Below, one piece after another: positions 12,001 to 25,102 of a stretch of DNA of 64,000 nucleotides; position 1 is the first letter of the stretch; each line of letters starts with the position of its first letter. A model generated the notes under the pieces. The model was not told where the DNA came from, made no database searches, and saw only the letters and a program-made list of their open reading frames with translations. A program made the translations under genes and the position numbers. Source of the stretch: Amoeboaphelidium protococcarum X5 (lineage: Eukaryota; Fungi; Aphelidiomycota); assembly GCA_023515725.1 (NCBI GenBank), contig JALDTO010000251.1, positions 558,001-622,000 on the forward strand, read 5' to 3'.

Positions 12001-14093
12001 CAAAGTTTTTAGGCTAATTTGGTGATGACGATGATGAAGATTAGCTTGCGATAGAAGTAGATAATCCTCAGTTACGACTTGGCAAAGTTATGCAAAGTCG
12101 ATTTGCTAGTAGTAGTTAGTATCAAGTGTGCGATGGCAATGCGGCCGGCAGTATTGGAAAAGGGAAAGGCACATTGGACGTTGAGAGTGGACAAGATTTA
12201 TTGGAATTTGAGTCTATTTCGAGGCTCTTGATTTGGCGCATTGAAAAGTAGCCCAAGTCTATAGCTTTCCAACTTGTCGATCACAAAGGAAAAGAAATCA
12301 AATCTATTACGTATTAGAAGATTAGTGAGAAAGTTGCTAGAATTGCAGCGCTTTTCGAGAAGAAGAACTTTAACGGAGATACCAAACTTTTGCTATTTTA
12401 TTAGCCTGGATTGGATTTTGCCATAGCTCTACACGCTTGTCTTTATTATGGAGTTGTTCCAGTTGTAATTACTGTGCCTGCGCAAGTTGATCGATTATTA
12501 CAGATTGTTCCTTTGATTATTGATGTTCTCAAATCGTATAACGTTGCAGGTATTCTCTCTAATGATGAAGGTATTGATACGATTAAAAGTCGTGCGTTCT
12601 AACAATGCCTGAAATCCAACTTTGGTAGTCTGGGAGAGAAGGATTCTTTTCAGTTGCCAGAGCTCATCAATACTTCTTAATGCCCAAAAGTTCTCAAGAC
12701 TATGGATGCTGCGTATCATCGCAACGCTGCCTATGCGTTATCTGAAAAGCAGTTTGCTCTACTTCATATCTAGATTGTAGATGATACGTCGTACAATGCA
12801 ACAGGGCTTAGTCACGATACCATTATGGCTTAATGTACTATACTGAAAGAGTTCCTAAATCTCAAGGCTAATGAAGTCATTTGCTGTTCGACAGAGTTGA
12901 ACGATACTCTGAGTTTCCTGTACAGTTCTCTTGCAGGTATTTACGTTGGTTACGTGACTTCTTACTATCCGCTGAAGGACTTTGCATAGAATCCGTAGTC
13001 CTGGCTTGAGCTGTAGCATAAAATGTCTTCTACTAATGCATTTCTTACACAGCCAATGTTGAGGAAGCTGCAGAAATCGTGCATCTAAGTCAAAATGAAT
13101 ACTAAACCAGTTGAGATGTACAATCTACGCAACATCCAGACTATACTGAACGACCGCGCTCCTTTAACCTCCAATTCCCAGTCATCTCAGAGTCTGAGAC
13201 CTTTTGAGCTTGATATGGATGCTGTCGCCTCTACTCTGGTGGATTGCGTCAATCCCTTCCTGGCAAGTAGAAGTTTTATCAATGCCGATCAGCAATAACT
13301 TTATTTGAGAATGAAGTCCTTGGCAGATGGGAGATTGGAGTTTGGTTAACATGGAGAATATGATTGTATCTAACTCTTGGATGTTGGAAGAGTGTTGCCT
13401 TGCTCTGCTGTAACTGTATGCACTATAGGCACACAGGAACTTTGCTTGCCCGGTACGTTTGGAGAAGTTTATATCCAGAGTCCCGCGAATGCTGATGTGG
13501 TTTATAAACATTATCTACTGGATAGTGGCGAGTCCAAAGATACTCTTCATTCCGATGTTACATTGAATCTTCCCAGTCAGTTTGGTTTGGAAGGGGAGGG
13601 GTTCATGAACACTGGCTTCATTGGTTTTCTGCAGCCTGCATCTATTCCCTGTTTCAAGACTTCGGCTATCACTTTAATCGACAGTCATGTGTTGGTGATC
13701 ATTGGACGAGCTGATGATATGATTGCTCTAGACGTCATTGATCATGGCAGGTAGGCTACTCGGTATTACTTTCCCCGTGATTTGGAACTGTCTGTGGAAA
13801 GAAGTCATCACTGTATCAAACAAGCTGTTGTAATCTCTAGTCAATTCCTTTCTAAGCCTGTAATTGTGGTTGAACTGGAGAATGCGGACAAATATGGCCC
13901 TGGATGTGTTCCTGTTATAGTTAACGCGTTGCTTGACGACTTCTAGTTGGTACCTAGTAAGATTGTCTTCGTCGCCGTTGACTCCATACCCAAGAATCGC
14001 AACGGATCAGACAAGGATCGTAATAAAGTAAAAGAACTTTTCGAATCTGGTGGACTTGTTTATCACTCCACCCACACTATAACCAATGAATGA
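9017..14093 (+). CDS. DIP2: DIP2/Cmr2 family protein (DMAP1-binding domain plus two adenylate-forming domains); intron 9078-9138
   Basis: LPQEAQDEFNIL|EVELAEGDITQKGYEKK is the DMAP1-binding motif. Two FAAL-like domains follow (VGELWVSG...FTRTGLYGF; FGEVYIQSP...FMNTGFIGF). One frame to TGA at 14091-14093. Confidence 0.9.
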
Positions 14094-14388
14094 TGATACT
14101 GTCAATGATATTATATTGATTTATTTTGTTTAAACTTAATTTAATTCTCTTCACTTAGAGTGTTACGTATCGACAAGAGGCCTGACTGTCACCGCGTTGT
14201 TAAAAAGTTCCAACGCGATCCTTCGATTTCGATCAGTTTTCATGAGATTTTGCTCTTTCAACACAGCGCGGCCTCCTTTTAAACAAACCCCACTCTTTAA
14301 TCATTAGAAGCTGTCGATTATTTGAAAGATCTAATTTACTCTCTGAATAAAGTATAGAAATTTACGAATAATTTTACTGATGACTAGA

Positions 14389-15627
14389 ATGCCTAAAGAA
14401 ACTAAATTATATGACTTGCTGGAGGTGAAGCCGGATGCCTCTGATGCAGACTTGAAGAAAAGCTACAGAAAATTGGCACTGCGTTATCATCCAGACAAAA
14501 ATCCAGATGCTGGAGATTAATTCAAAGAGATCAGTCATGCGTATGAAGTGCTCTCTGACCCGCAGAAGCGTGAGATTTATGACCGTTACGGTGAAGAGGG
14601 ACTGAATGGACAGGGCGGTATGGGTGGTGGGATGAATGCCGAGGATTTGTTCTCCAACATCTTTGGCGGAAGTTTCTTCGGCGGCGCGGGCAGAGGAGGC
14701 CGATCAAGCGGGCCGAAGCGCGGCAAAGACATGATCCATCAGTTGCGCGTCTCTCTGGAGGATCTGTACAAGGGAAAGACTGCCAAGTTGGCCTTGTAGA
14801 AGAATGTTTTGTGCTCCGACTGTAACGGCAGGGGTGGCAAGGAGGGCGCCGTCTCCGATTGTGGTGGTTGTCGCGGTACTGGTGTCAAGGTGACTCTTCG
14901 CCAGTTTGGTCCAATGGTTCAGTAGATGCAACAAGTGTGTAATGAGTGTAATGGTGAGGGATAGGTGATTAGGGAGAAGGATAGGTGTAAGACTTGTGCT
15001 GGTAAAAAGATTCGCGGCGACAAGAAGGTGCTTGAAGTACACATTGAACGCGGTATGAAGGATGGCCAGAAGATTGTATTCAACGGTGAAGGTGATCAGC
15101 AGCCAGGTGTACAGCCAGGTGATGTTGTTATTGTACTTGATGAGAAGGAGCATCCAAAGTTTTCTAGAAAGAATGATGATTTAATTTATAAAGCTGAGAT
15201 TGATCTTCTCACTGCTCTGGCAGGTGGTAAGATGGCTATTGAGCATTTGGATGGCCACATTGCTCTAGTCACTATCGTACCTGGAGAAGTTATCAAGCCT
15301 GGAGATTTGAAGACTATCCCTGGTGAGGGAATGCCGATTTACAAGCGTTCATAAGATTATGGCGATCTTTATATTTAGTTTGACATCAAGTTCCCTGCTC
15401 CGAACTCTTTGACTCCTGCACAGCTCAAATCATTGGAGAAGATACTTCCGGCACGTCCTGCTCTTCCAGATTTGACTTCTAAAGATGTGGATGAATACGT
15501 GCTCAGTAATGTTGAGAATGGAAAGAAATTTGGTGGAAGTGGAAGTCGCGGTGGTGCCTATGCTAATAGTGATGATATGGATGAAGATCACGATCACGGT
15601 CCACAAGTTTAGTGTGCATAACAGTGA
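14389..15627 (+). CDS. YDJ1: Type I DnaJ/Hsp40 (Ydj1/Mas5/DNAJA)
   Basis: J domain with YHPDKN, G/F region, four CxxCxGxx motifs and C-terminal CaaX box VQCAQQ* (two Gln encoded by TAG and TAA). Confidence 0.95.
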
Positions 15628-15881
15628 TCTTCCGCTTCTCTTCTCTCCGATTGAAAGCATCGTAAATACACTTAAAATTATCATAGTTTTTCCGTTTATT
15701 TATAGTCTCTTTTATTCGATCATTAGAAGTTCACATAGCCCTTTAGAATTATCACTTGATGAGTCATCTGGCAGTGATGATTTTTCACGGGCGCAAACGT
15801 GTGAAAGTTCAACAGGATTGATTGTTAGTCTTGAAGCTTAAATTTTAAACTTTGCACCACACCAGCTGTAATAGTTCAAAT

Positions 15882-17093
15882 ATGGCAGCAACGACAAATA
15901 AGGCTACACTCGGCAACAATTAAAGTCAGTCCTTGTGGTGGGTCAACGGAGCTTTCATAGTGTTTGTTCATCTGGTGTCCCTGGTCGGAGTTTACATGTA
16001 CCCTCCATCAACTGTCCACCGCTCCACTTTATGGCTCACCTATGCTGTATGGTAGATTGCCACGCTTGGAATTACTATGGGCTACCATAGACTCTGGTCT
16101 CATAAAGCGTACAAGGCGTCAACTCCGCTCAAGTTATTGCTAGCTTTTGCAGGAACTCTTGGCTTTTAGGGTAGTATCAGATGGTGGGTGATGCGTCATC
16201 GTTTACATCATCGCTACACGGACACTGAGAACGATCCGTACAACGCTAAAAGAGGATTTTGGTTCTCTCATATTACTTGGACTTTCCAGAATCCTCAGTA
16301 TCAATTGGCAAAGATGGTTGATATGTCGGATCTTGACTCGGATGCGATTGTTGTGTTCCAGCATCGTTACTATGTACCTCTTGCTCTGACGTGCGGAATC
16401 GCGTTACCTACCGTGTTAGCAGGTTCGCTGTGGGGCGATTATTTTGGTGGATTCCTTTATGCTGGATACGTGTCGCGTCTTTTGATATGGCATGCGACAT
16501 TTTGCATCAATAGCTTTGCTCACATGCTAGGTGACCAGCCGTTCTCGCACGACAATACTTCGCGCGGTAATCTTCTGCTCGCTTTTGTCACCAATGGAGA
16601 GGCGCACCACAACTTTCATCATGAATTTCCGCAAGACTACCGGAATGGTATAAACTGGCTTGACTGGGATCCCACTAAATGGCTTATTGCCGGATTGAGC
16701 ATACTGCCATTGGGTGTTGGAGCGTATGATCTGAAACAGACTCCTGATCGGATGATTCAACTCGCCAGAACGGTCACAATGGAGAAGGATCTGCTGGGCA
16801 AGTCTGAAGAGGATATATTTGACGATGCCAAGCTCCCTCTGGTGTCAAAGGCTAGTATTAAGAACAGAGAATGCATTTCCAACTGCACATAGTGGATAGT
16901 CATTGATCAGTGCGTGGTTGATGTTTCTGAAATTGTAAAACTTCATCCCGGCGGTGAGACGTTGATCGAAAAATTCATGTTCCAAGACGCGACTTCAGCG
17001 TTCTATGGCGGCAGATTTAACATTCACACTCAGAATGCTCGCAACTGGATGAAGACGTCCAGGATTGCTAGAATTGCTACTGATTCTGAATGA
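15882..17093 (+). CDS. OLE1: Delta-9 acyl-CoA desaturase with C-terminal cytochrome b5 domain
   Basis: His boxes HRLWSH, HRLHH and HNFHH, plus fused b5 HPGG motif. This is the fungal Ole1 architecture. Confidence 0.95.
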
Positions 17094-17169
17094 TAATTTT
17101 TGAATTGAAATATAACTTTGAATAGTGCGAGCTTTCAACGAATTTTATAAAGTTATTAATAAGGTGCGA

Positions 17170-17330
17170 AAATGTGAGTGCTCTAATAGGATTACAGCCA
17201 TAGAAATACAAGACAGAATCTCGGCTAGAGCACTCAAAATGGCAATCAATGTAGCCGCGTATAAGAACGAAAACGTCTGTGGTGATCAACACTCATTAAA
17301 TACAATGCGATCAACTACACACGCGGCATT
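17170..17330 (-). ncRNA. Candidate two-hairpin H/ACA-like snoRNA
   Basis: Stems GCCGCGT/ACGCGGC (17254-17260, 17321-17327) and GAGTGCTCTA/TAGAGCACTC (17176-17185, 17226-17235). On the minus strand each hairpin is followed by ACA. Confidence 0.4.
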
Positions 17331-17434
17331 CCACAATCATCTCTCAATGCAAAGTATAAGTATTAAATTTCAACCATTTAAATACGCGTATAAAGTCGAT
17401 GTATTTATATATATAAAATTCATGTATAGATAAA

Positions 17435-17893
17435 TCAAGCGACCAAGACACACGCACCTCCGGCAGCCTTAATCTTGAGCTCAGCCTATCTGCTGAAATA
17501 CCTAGCCTTCACAACAAGAGGCACCTGAGGAAGCTTTCCATTGCCGAGAACCTTTCCATAGCCAGCTTTGAGCGTGTCAATGATTGGAACATTGCTGTCG
17601 CTTGGCTTTGCACCAGCGGACACGTACTTATCGCGAGCATCAGCAGGGACCAGGCTCCACAACTTATCCAGATTGATTGTATCGCACCAGTACTGGTTGT
17701 TAGTCTTGTGGAAGTAACGCATACCAACCTTACCAAAGTAACCCGGGTGAAATTTATCCATGTTAGTACGCTCATGGTGCATACCACCAGCCAGACCACG
17801 ACCGCCCGGATGCTTTCTGTGCTTACCCACACGACCATGGCCGGCGCTGACGTGTCCACGCTTCTTTCTGTTCTTTTTTAAATGAGTGACCAT
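17435..17893 (-). CDS. RPL28: 60S ribosomal protein uL15 (L27a/L28)
   Basis: [25 protein letters not shown]...[14 protein letters not shown], reading through TAG to [13 protein letters not shown]. Confidence 0.97.
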
Positions 17894-18206
17894 TTTTAAT
17901 AATTGATTTATATATTATTTTGTGCTTAGGACGAATGGAAGACGCGTTGACGGCGATTAATTGATGGAAGCTCAAAAGAAAATTTTCAGCCTAAGGTTGA
18001 TCGTTCTCACTCGCGCTCTCTCTCTCTCTCGCGTGCTCTCAGTGAGAGCCAGGCTTGAGTAGAGCCGATTTGTGAAAGGGATGGATGATGCCTCGCAATA
18101 AAGTGACAAAACTAGGAAAAGATCTCTTAGAAAGAAAAAGATCTCTTAGAAAAAGTAGTAAAATTGATCAAAAACGTTTCACAACATCAGCGAATATATA
18201 AATATA

Positions 18207-18791
18207 ATGAGACCATTAACTGAATAGGAAACACGATCTCTATTTGAAAAACTGGCCAAGTACATTGGAAAGAATATCGTGCACTTGATTGAGAGTAAAG
18301 ATGGACAAGAGCCACACTGCTTCCGACTACATAAGGACAAGATTTACTATGTGCCACAGAATATCATGCTCAGAGCCACCAATGTCGGCAGGAAAGAACT
18401 GATGTCACTTGGTACATGCATGGGAAAACTATCGCCAAAGACTGGTAAATTCAATATGCAGATCGGTGCTCTGTAAGTAATTGCTCCACACGCACTCCAT
18501 CGAGTATGGCTCAAGGTGCAGGGTGAAATGCCATTTCTGTATGGAAATCACGTGATAAAAGCACATCTATAAAAGATTACTAGCGGTGGAGGTAATGGTG
18601 GTAGTGCATCTGCAGAGATACCATAAGGGTCTGGTGTTGTGATTTACGCTCATGATGGAGAAACTCCATTAGGATTCGGAGTCTTTGCCAAGTCGTCCAT
18701 TGATTGTCAACGCGTCGATCCCACTGGTATTGTGGTCTTCCACTAGGCTGATGTTGGTGAATATCTACGTGAAGAGGAAACTCTATTCTGA
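18207..18791 (+). CDS. NIP7: 60S ribosome biogenesis protein Nip7
   Basis: [21 protein letters not shown]...[10 protein letters not shown]...[12 protein letters not shown]...[16 protein letters not shown]. Confidence 0.95.
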
Positions 18792-18956
18792 ATTAAAAAT
18801 TTTACTTCATAATATTGATTTTACTTTGGAATTTCGTTTATGATCGATCTTGACCACTTCATTTTATCTCTGAGTTATGTCGCTAAATTAAATCCAGTCT
18901 GAGCTTAATTTTATTCACTCATTGCACTCAAAAGATTAAACTTATAATAATAATTT

Positions 18957-20453
18957 ATGGAAAGCGTTATTCAACTTGTGAGTTCCAATTTGTCAATAAG
19001 TTCGCTCCAGCTTGCCACTGCTAATCGTCTGAAAGAACTTGATGGAGCGTCTCTGAATGAACTAAAGTTATAATGCTAACGTCTGGTATCGGAGAGTGTC
19101 GGCGAGATTGTACAGAATGCCAAGTAGAGTGCTCGTAATAGCTTCGAACTGAGTCTGTAGTTATAAGCATTAGAATCTCAGCTTAAAGATCTTTAAATCG
19201 ATTTGGAATGTATTGCTCAGTTAAAGTAAGAATTAGACTAGGTGTTACAGTGTGATTGCACCCCGATTGTGACTATGGTTAAAGAGTACGTTGGCAAGTA
19301 CAGCGCCGATCTTGTATAACCACCTTCGTCTGTAATAGTAGATAGCAATAATAATAATAAGGTGGTGGAGCGATGTAAAGTGTCTAAAGCAGCGTTTTTG
19401 GTCATGGAAAGACTATTATAGATAGATGGTGATAATAGTAGCACTGCCATGTTGGAATGGAGAGTTGCCATTGACGCGTTCTGCTTACTTATGCCACAAT
19501 AATTGAAAAAGTTGAAGTTGTATGATTTACCTGCTGGTAAACTACAATTATATAATGATTTGCTTTGTATTACTCATAATCTTCCACCTGCTCTTAAGCT
19601 ACATGATTATGAGACGAAATTGCTCAATTTAGCTGTCAGCTTGTGGGAAGATGTGGTATCAATGTAGCAATAAGAATTGAACTCTGTCTTAGTAGAATTA
19701 TTCAGTGTACAAGATGTTGATATTACCAGAATGGATTAGGAAGAGGAGGTATTGATGGATGTTGAACGGGCGCTGAAGTAATAGTTGCATCTGCTTAAAT
19801 CCTTTTGCAGAGCTATCAAGTCCATTCTATCTCCATCCATGTACCTGTTGACTCTGAGCAAGATGATTAGCATTGTATCTGAATCTGTAAATGAGCATAT
19901 TGTGTAGCGTCTGCTTGAAGAGAATGGTGGTGACTTGACTTCTTCATAGTGTGAAGTATTACATTTCCTCTTACTGCTCCCGGATAATGACAGCGATTAA
20001 CAAGATTAAAGTGATATTTCAATGATAAGTAGTAGCAGCTTTGGATATTTGGACAAGTTGCAAAAGTTGGTGCAAGATGAATTGTAGAATTTGTAAAGAG
20101 TTGAGTAATCTCTGTCTCTACTATCTGCGCCTAAATCCGGATCAATTGATGTCAATTAGTCTAAATAATCCGTTGAAAGCAAAACTACTCTATAGATGCT
20201 CACAGTTGATGATATACTTCCTCATTAGTTTTATAAGTTGAAAGAAATCGCGTCAATTTTAAACTGGTCCTTGTCCACGATTGAGTAACATTTCGATAAT
20301 AATGCCAACCGTGAAAGTCATTTAGAACCATAAGAACTTGTACAATGGGTCCGCTCTATATTCTCAGATACTGACAAGAGAAGCAGACTAATAATCAAAA
20401 TAGAAAAGTAACAGTCAAGTGACAGTATTGTAAATAATGATCACTTGATTTGA
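18957..20453 (+). CDS. ZW10/Dsl1-like tethering protein (short, ~498 aa)
   Basis: ERCKVS...LYNDLLCITH and C-terminal KLKEIASILNWSLSTIEQ...ELVQWVRSIFSDTDKR resemble the ZW10 C-terminal domain. Confidence 0.65.
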
Positions 20454-20551
20454 ATAGTACGTAACATGTGTGTATATAATGAACAAGGGTGATCATTTCT
20501 TAAAGCTTTTACCATCAATTCAACTTATGCATTTTTTAATACAGTGAGTAA

Positions 20552-22945
20552 TCAAGGCTTAGTACTAAATTCATATTCTTCAATCTACTAGTACTATTAA
20601 CTCTTTCTCCATCTGTTTCTATTTACAACTACAGCTATAATGGCAGCAGCTACTGAAGCTACCAGGACGAATGATAAGATTATTTGCAAAGCTCCTGGAT
20701 TCGATCCTCCACCAGAAGTGACACCAGTATCTTTCAGGGAAGTGTTATTATTCGATGCAGATTTTAATCCACAAAATGAATCACTAGGCAGTTACAAACC
20801 ATCCTACCATTAAAGCATCTCCAGCTCACCATCATAGCTGAACCATCCGGGTAATGTGTGATTTCGATTTTCCCATTTACTGAATCGTCTCAAGTAATCC
20901 AACACCACACCATTGGTCCATCCAAATCCATCTTGCACTACATACTCGCCACCTATGCCAGGCACTCCGATCCGAGTGACATCGTACTTTTCATACATGC
21001 CAGGCATAGACGAATATGATGATGACGGTTGGGCATTCGATGAGTTTCCTTTACTAGTATTAGAATGCTACGACTGACCAGAGGAAGGTGATGATAATAA
21101 GCCCAAATCTCGCTTAACCAGAGTCTGGACGTATTCATCATGAGTGGGAACGTGCTTGCGCGGATTAGCCAGCCTCCATCCACAATAGGTTGTATTTATC
21201 CACTGCTATACGATGAGAGGAACGTATTTCTGGGCCAAATGATTCGCTCGACTGGTAGTACTATTATTATAATTACTTACAACAGAAGAGGAAGAAGAAG
21301 ACGGTGGTAGATTTAACAAGCCTTCAGTCAAAATCCAGACCAGGGGAGGCCATGCATTAGGCAGATCCCACTGCTCGCCACTCTGCACCAGTGTTGACGG
21401 TATACCACCAGGATACTTGAGGTAGTCTTAAAGTGCACGCTCGACAGACTTTTCAATAAGATCAACCTGCGCAGTGTCTGATTAATTGTACACCTATAGC
21501 CAGAGTGGGTAGAATACTGAGAGGTACTAGGAATATGGATACACTTTCTATGAGCCAGTGTTCAAGTCCAAATCGAAAAATTCGCCCGTCTGAGAGTTGA
21601 ACATTTTCTCATTAATGTATCTACTCCTCTGCCTCAACTATTGCGAATAATACGAGCGAAATTTATTCCACTTTCTAGAAGTGTCCGTTTCTTGAATCTA
21701 AGATCCAGTCTTGTTAGAGTACTGATACTGCTCAACCACAGAGTCCAGAGCTTGACCACGATGCAGATTATCCACAATGAATTAGTCATAGATCTTCTGA
21801 CATTACTCACCAGGTAACTACAACTCTAAGCATTCAAGTAATAAATGAAATCGAGCGAGATAACGTTCATTGGCAAGCATGATAGAATTCAAATCTATAG
21901 GAACGACAGACTATGGATTAGAAGAGGCAAGTTTGATATCCAACTTGTCATACATTGTCGAATCGAACCATCTAGAAGAAAAGTCCCATCCAGATTCAGC
22001 CACTGAGGCGATTGAAGAATATAAACTGGATGATGATCGTATACCACTACTATTAATCTACTTCCACAGATGCAAATCCTCTTTATACGATTCTGGTCTA
22101 GGATCATAATTACTAACATTATAGACATTGACATTGACTTTAGCAATACTATCAGTAGTAGACATGTTATGAGATCTATAATTCATCCACCATTGATACT
22201 CTTTATCTAATGCTTCAATCATTTCGCGTAGTAGCTGAATGGCTTAATCAAATTATAATCGCTTCATCTCATCCACAACCATGAGAGTAAGTAGTGGCGG
22301 CTAAGATCTATTAAGATAATAAATTCTATTACCATTTGGTACAAATCCATGCTGCAACACAAACTACTTCATATTCAGTAGAATTCCACGTCGCACCTAA
22401 TCTCCCACCAAGAGCTAATCCAGTCCAGCACGATGTGGCAATACCAGCCCTTTCAGCATCCAGAACGTGTCCCAGTAATACGCCTCTGTGAATCTACCGC
22501 CAGGCACTACGTAAGGATACTCTGTCTTTATCAGAGAATCGGTAATACATCGCCGCTCCCCATCAGATACCAGCTTGGGATGTCTCAACAGTAGGCGATA
22601 CACTTTAAATAGAAATTTGGACCAGTCATGGAAGGGCGATGATGCTGCGGGCAGAGCAGGTTCAACCATACTCTGTTCATCCTAGCTGCCATAATCAACG
22701 ATAGAGAGAGCATGAGGAGCATACGATTCATGCGGAGGCTTGAAATACTTGTTGTACAATTCATGCAGAGTGGTGTTAGAGTCATCGCTGCTACCATTGC
22801 GCTGAAAATACTCTTACAAGAGGATAGCATGAAACTGAGCAGGTTCAACCACCAAACAGCTGTCCACAAACACCTTGGAATCTTTAAAGAGGCCACCAAA
22901 GATCTCCAAAATTGTTTAATTAGTGTAGATCGAATGCTAATCCAT
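20552..22945 (-). CDS. GH37 trehalase with C-terminal transmembrane segment
   Basis: [51 protein letters not shown] and [13 protein letters not shown]. Start codon is uncertain. Confidence 0.9.
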
Positions 22946-23279
22946 CTTCTTGAACAGAGCGGTGCTATTTATTTTGTTATAATAAACACCAGAAAGTAGT
23001 AGATCACGTAAACGTATCAACGTTGAGTAACACCTTGTCAGTCAGGAGCAGAAAGAGATAGAAAAAAAGTTCCCGCGAGAAACGTCAATTCCGACGCGGA
23101 TCTATCTGATCGTGGGAACAAAATGATGTTGTTGACTATTCACTCACCAGTTGAAATTGTACAGATCAAGTTAAAATTGATTAAACTCTCTATTGATGAT
23201 TTTAAATTATGAGTAAAGCAAATTTACATTTATATATCATCATCATCCATGTTTGCATTGATATACTAGCGGAACTTGG

Positions 23280-24773
23280 TCATAAAGGTAGATAGCTCTA
23301 CTTGGATGCGGATTACTATGACTAAAGTGGACTGCAAAAGAACAACCTAAGATTGCCAATAACTCCAGCATCATGAGGATTATTATTAGATCGGAAGACT
23401 TGCAATTAATATTCCAACGTTGTCATATTGATCGCTATAAAATACAGCTAGAAAATCAAGAGCAGACCACACATTACCGCGAGCAGTATCATAAAATAGA
23501 ATTCAGCATAAAACGATCTACTCACTCCCCCCGCGTAGACTCTAAAGAACTGCGAATACAACTATAGTAAAGTGATACATCCACCCACAAGACCAGCTAA
23601 GAAGTAGATAAAATATCGATGATTCTAAAGACCAATAGAATTGTATGTCCATGGACACCAGTGATCGAATCGCTGCACACAACGGTGTGAATGATTATCA
23701 TGGTACATTCGATCACTCTTCACAGCGAGACATTTTGTACAAATATTCCATTCATTATCAGCAGTTTCTATTAGATTTAATTCACCCTAATTAGATGGAA
23801 GTTGACTGCGACCGGGATCAGTGATGACAGTTCGATAAAGAGACCAAGAAGTGAGGGCGAATAGCAGTGAGGGAACGCATACAATCCACAGAGCATATGT
23901 AAGTGATACTTCTGCGTATATTGAAGAGACAATGTATACATATTAGACAAAGAGTACGGCCAGTTGAGATATGACAAAAGAAATGGATGCGTTAGTATTG
24001 GATAATACTTGCATTGACGGCAACTTGTAATACCACACGTAAAGCCATAGGGAGGCAAATATCAACATCCATATCACAGCATACAGTATGAATACATTAA
24101 CCTTTTCTATAAGCAATATAAGTATCAGAGTAAGCGCAACAGGAATGGCGAATGAGACTAACTTGTTGCCAGGATAACTTCGATCGATAGCCTTGAGATT
24201 ATAAGGAGCTGAAGCATCACGGAGACTCTCAGACGCAGAAATTGATCTACCTTATTATTATATATTTAAATGTTAATAATCACTCTGCGTGTATCCCCGC
24301 GAATCCTAGTTATTCGATGTTAGAAGGTGCCTTACCAGAGGAGGAACTTGATGTGGATTTATCGGCAGAGATTATTAGTGCATAGCTTGTAGTAAAACCA
24401 AAAGAATTGGAATGTTATCATATGCCATATCCAATGCAGTCTTGTCAAAAATGTCCTTTCGCTGTAGATCAATAGCACCAACTTATCTCACAAGGAACTT
24501 GACAGCATGAAAACTCTTATTATTCACAGCGAAATGAAGCGGAGTAATATCAGAGTCTGTATTCAGTAGCAGAGGCATCTAGGATTAATCAATTCTAATG
24601 CAACAGTCTGTAAGCATTTTCATAATCAAGACATTGTTATTGTGCGCTGCATAGTGCATCGCTGAGCATTAATGTTCGTCTTTATGCAGAAGAATGTCCA
24701 TCTAATCGATATTTGCAATATATTATCGCACATCTTAAGCATTATTCTTCTTAACTAAATCTATAAGGTCCAT
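23280..24773 (-). CDS. Ankyrin-repeat DHHC-type palmitoyltransferase (Akr1-like, DHWC variant)
   Basis: N-terminal ankyrin repeats (SAMHYAAHNN), TM helices, TDPG, CTKC...[21 protein letters not shown] and NPHDAGVIGN. Confidence 0.85.
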
Positions 24774-25102
24774 CTCTAAATATTACAGATTTTAAATGAT
24801 TAATCGGAGTACGAACTGATCAATTAATGCGAAATTGAAAAGTCACTCCAAAGATCGGAAAAAGGGAAGGTTTTAGCCATCGCTTTAACGGTTGAACTTT
24901 ATGAACATTCGCTGTTGACTATTTACGGCGAATCTGGTTAGAGTCATTATAGAAAGTTAAATTTTACTCGAAAACGGCGCATTCGTTCAACAAGTATACA
25001 TATTACCGCACTAAAAATTGGGCCTTGAAAGAGGATTTCTAATCAATGAGAGGATTAAAAAATCACGTAAAGAAACTGAAAACCAAGTCATAGTGGACCA
25101 AC

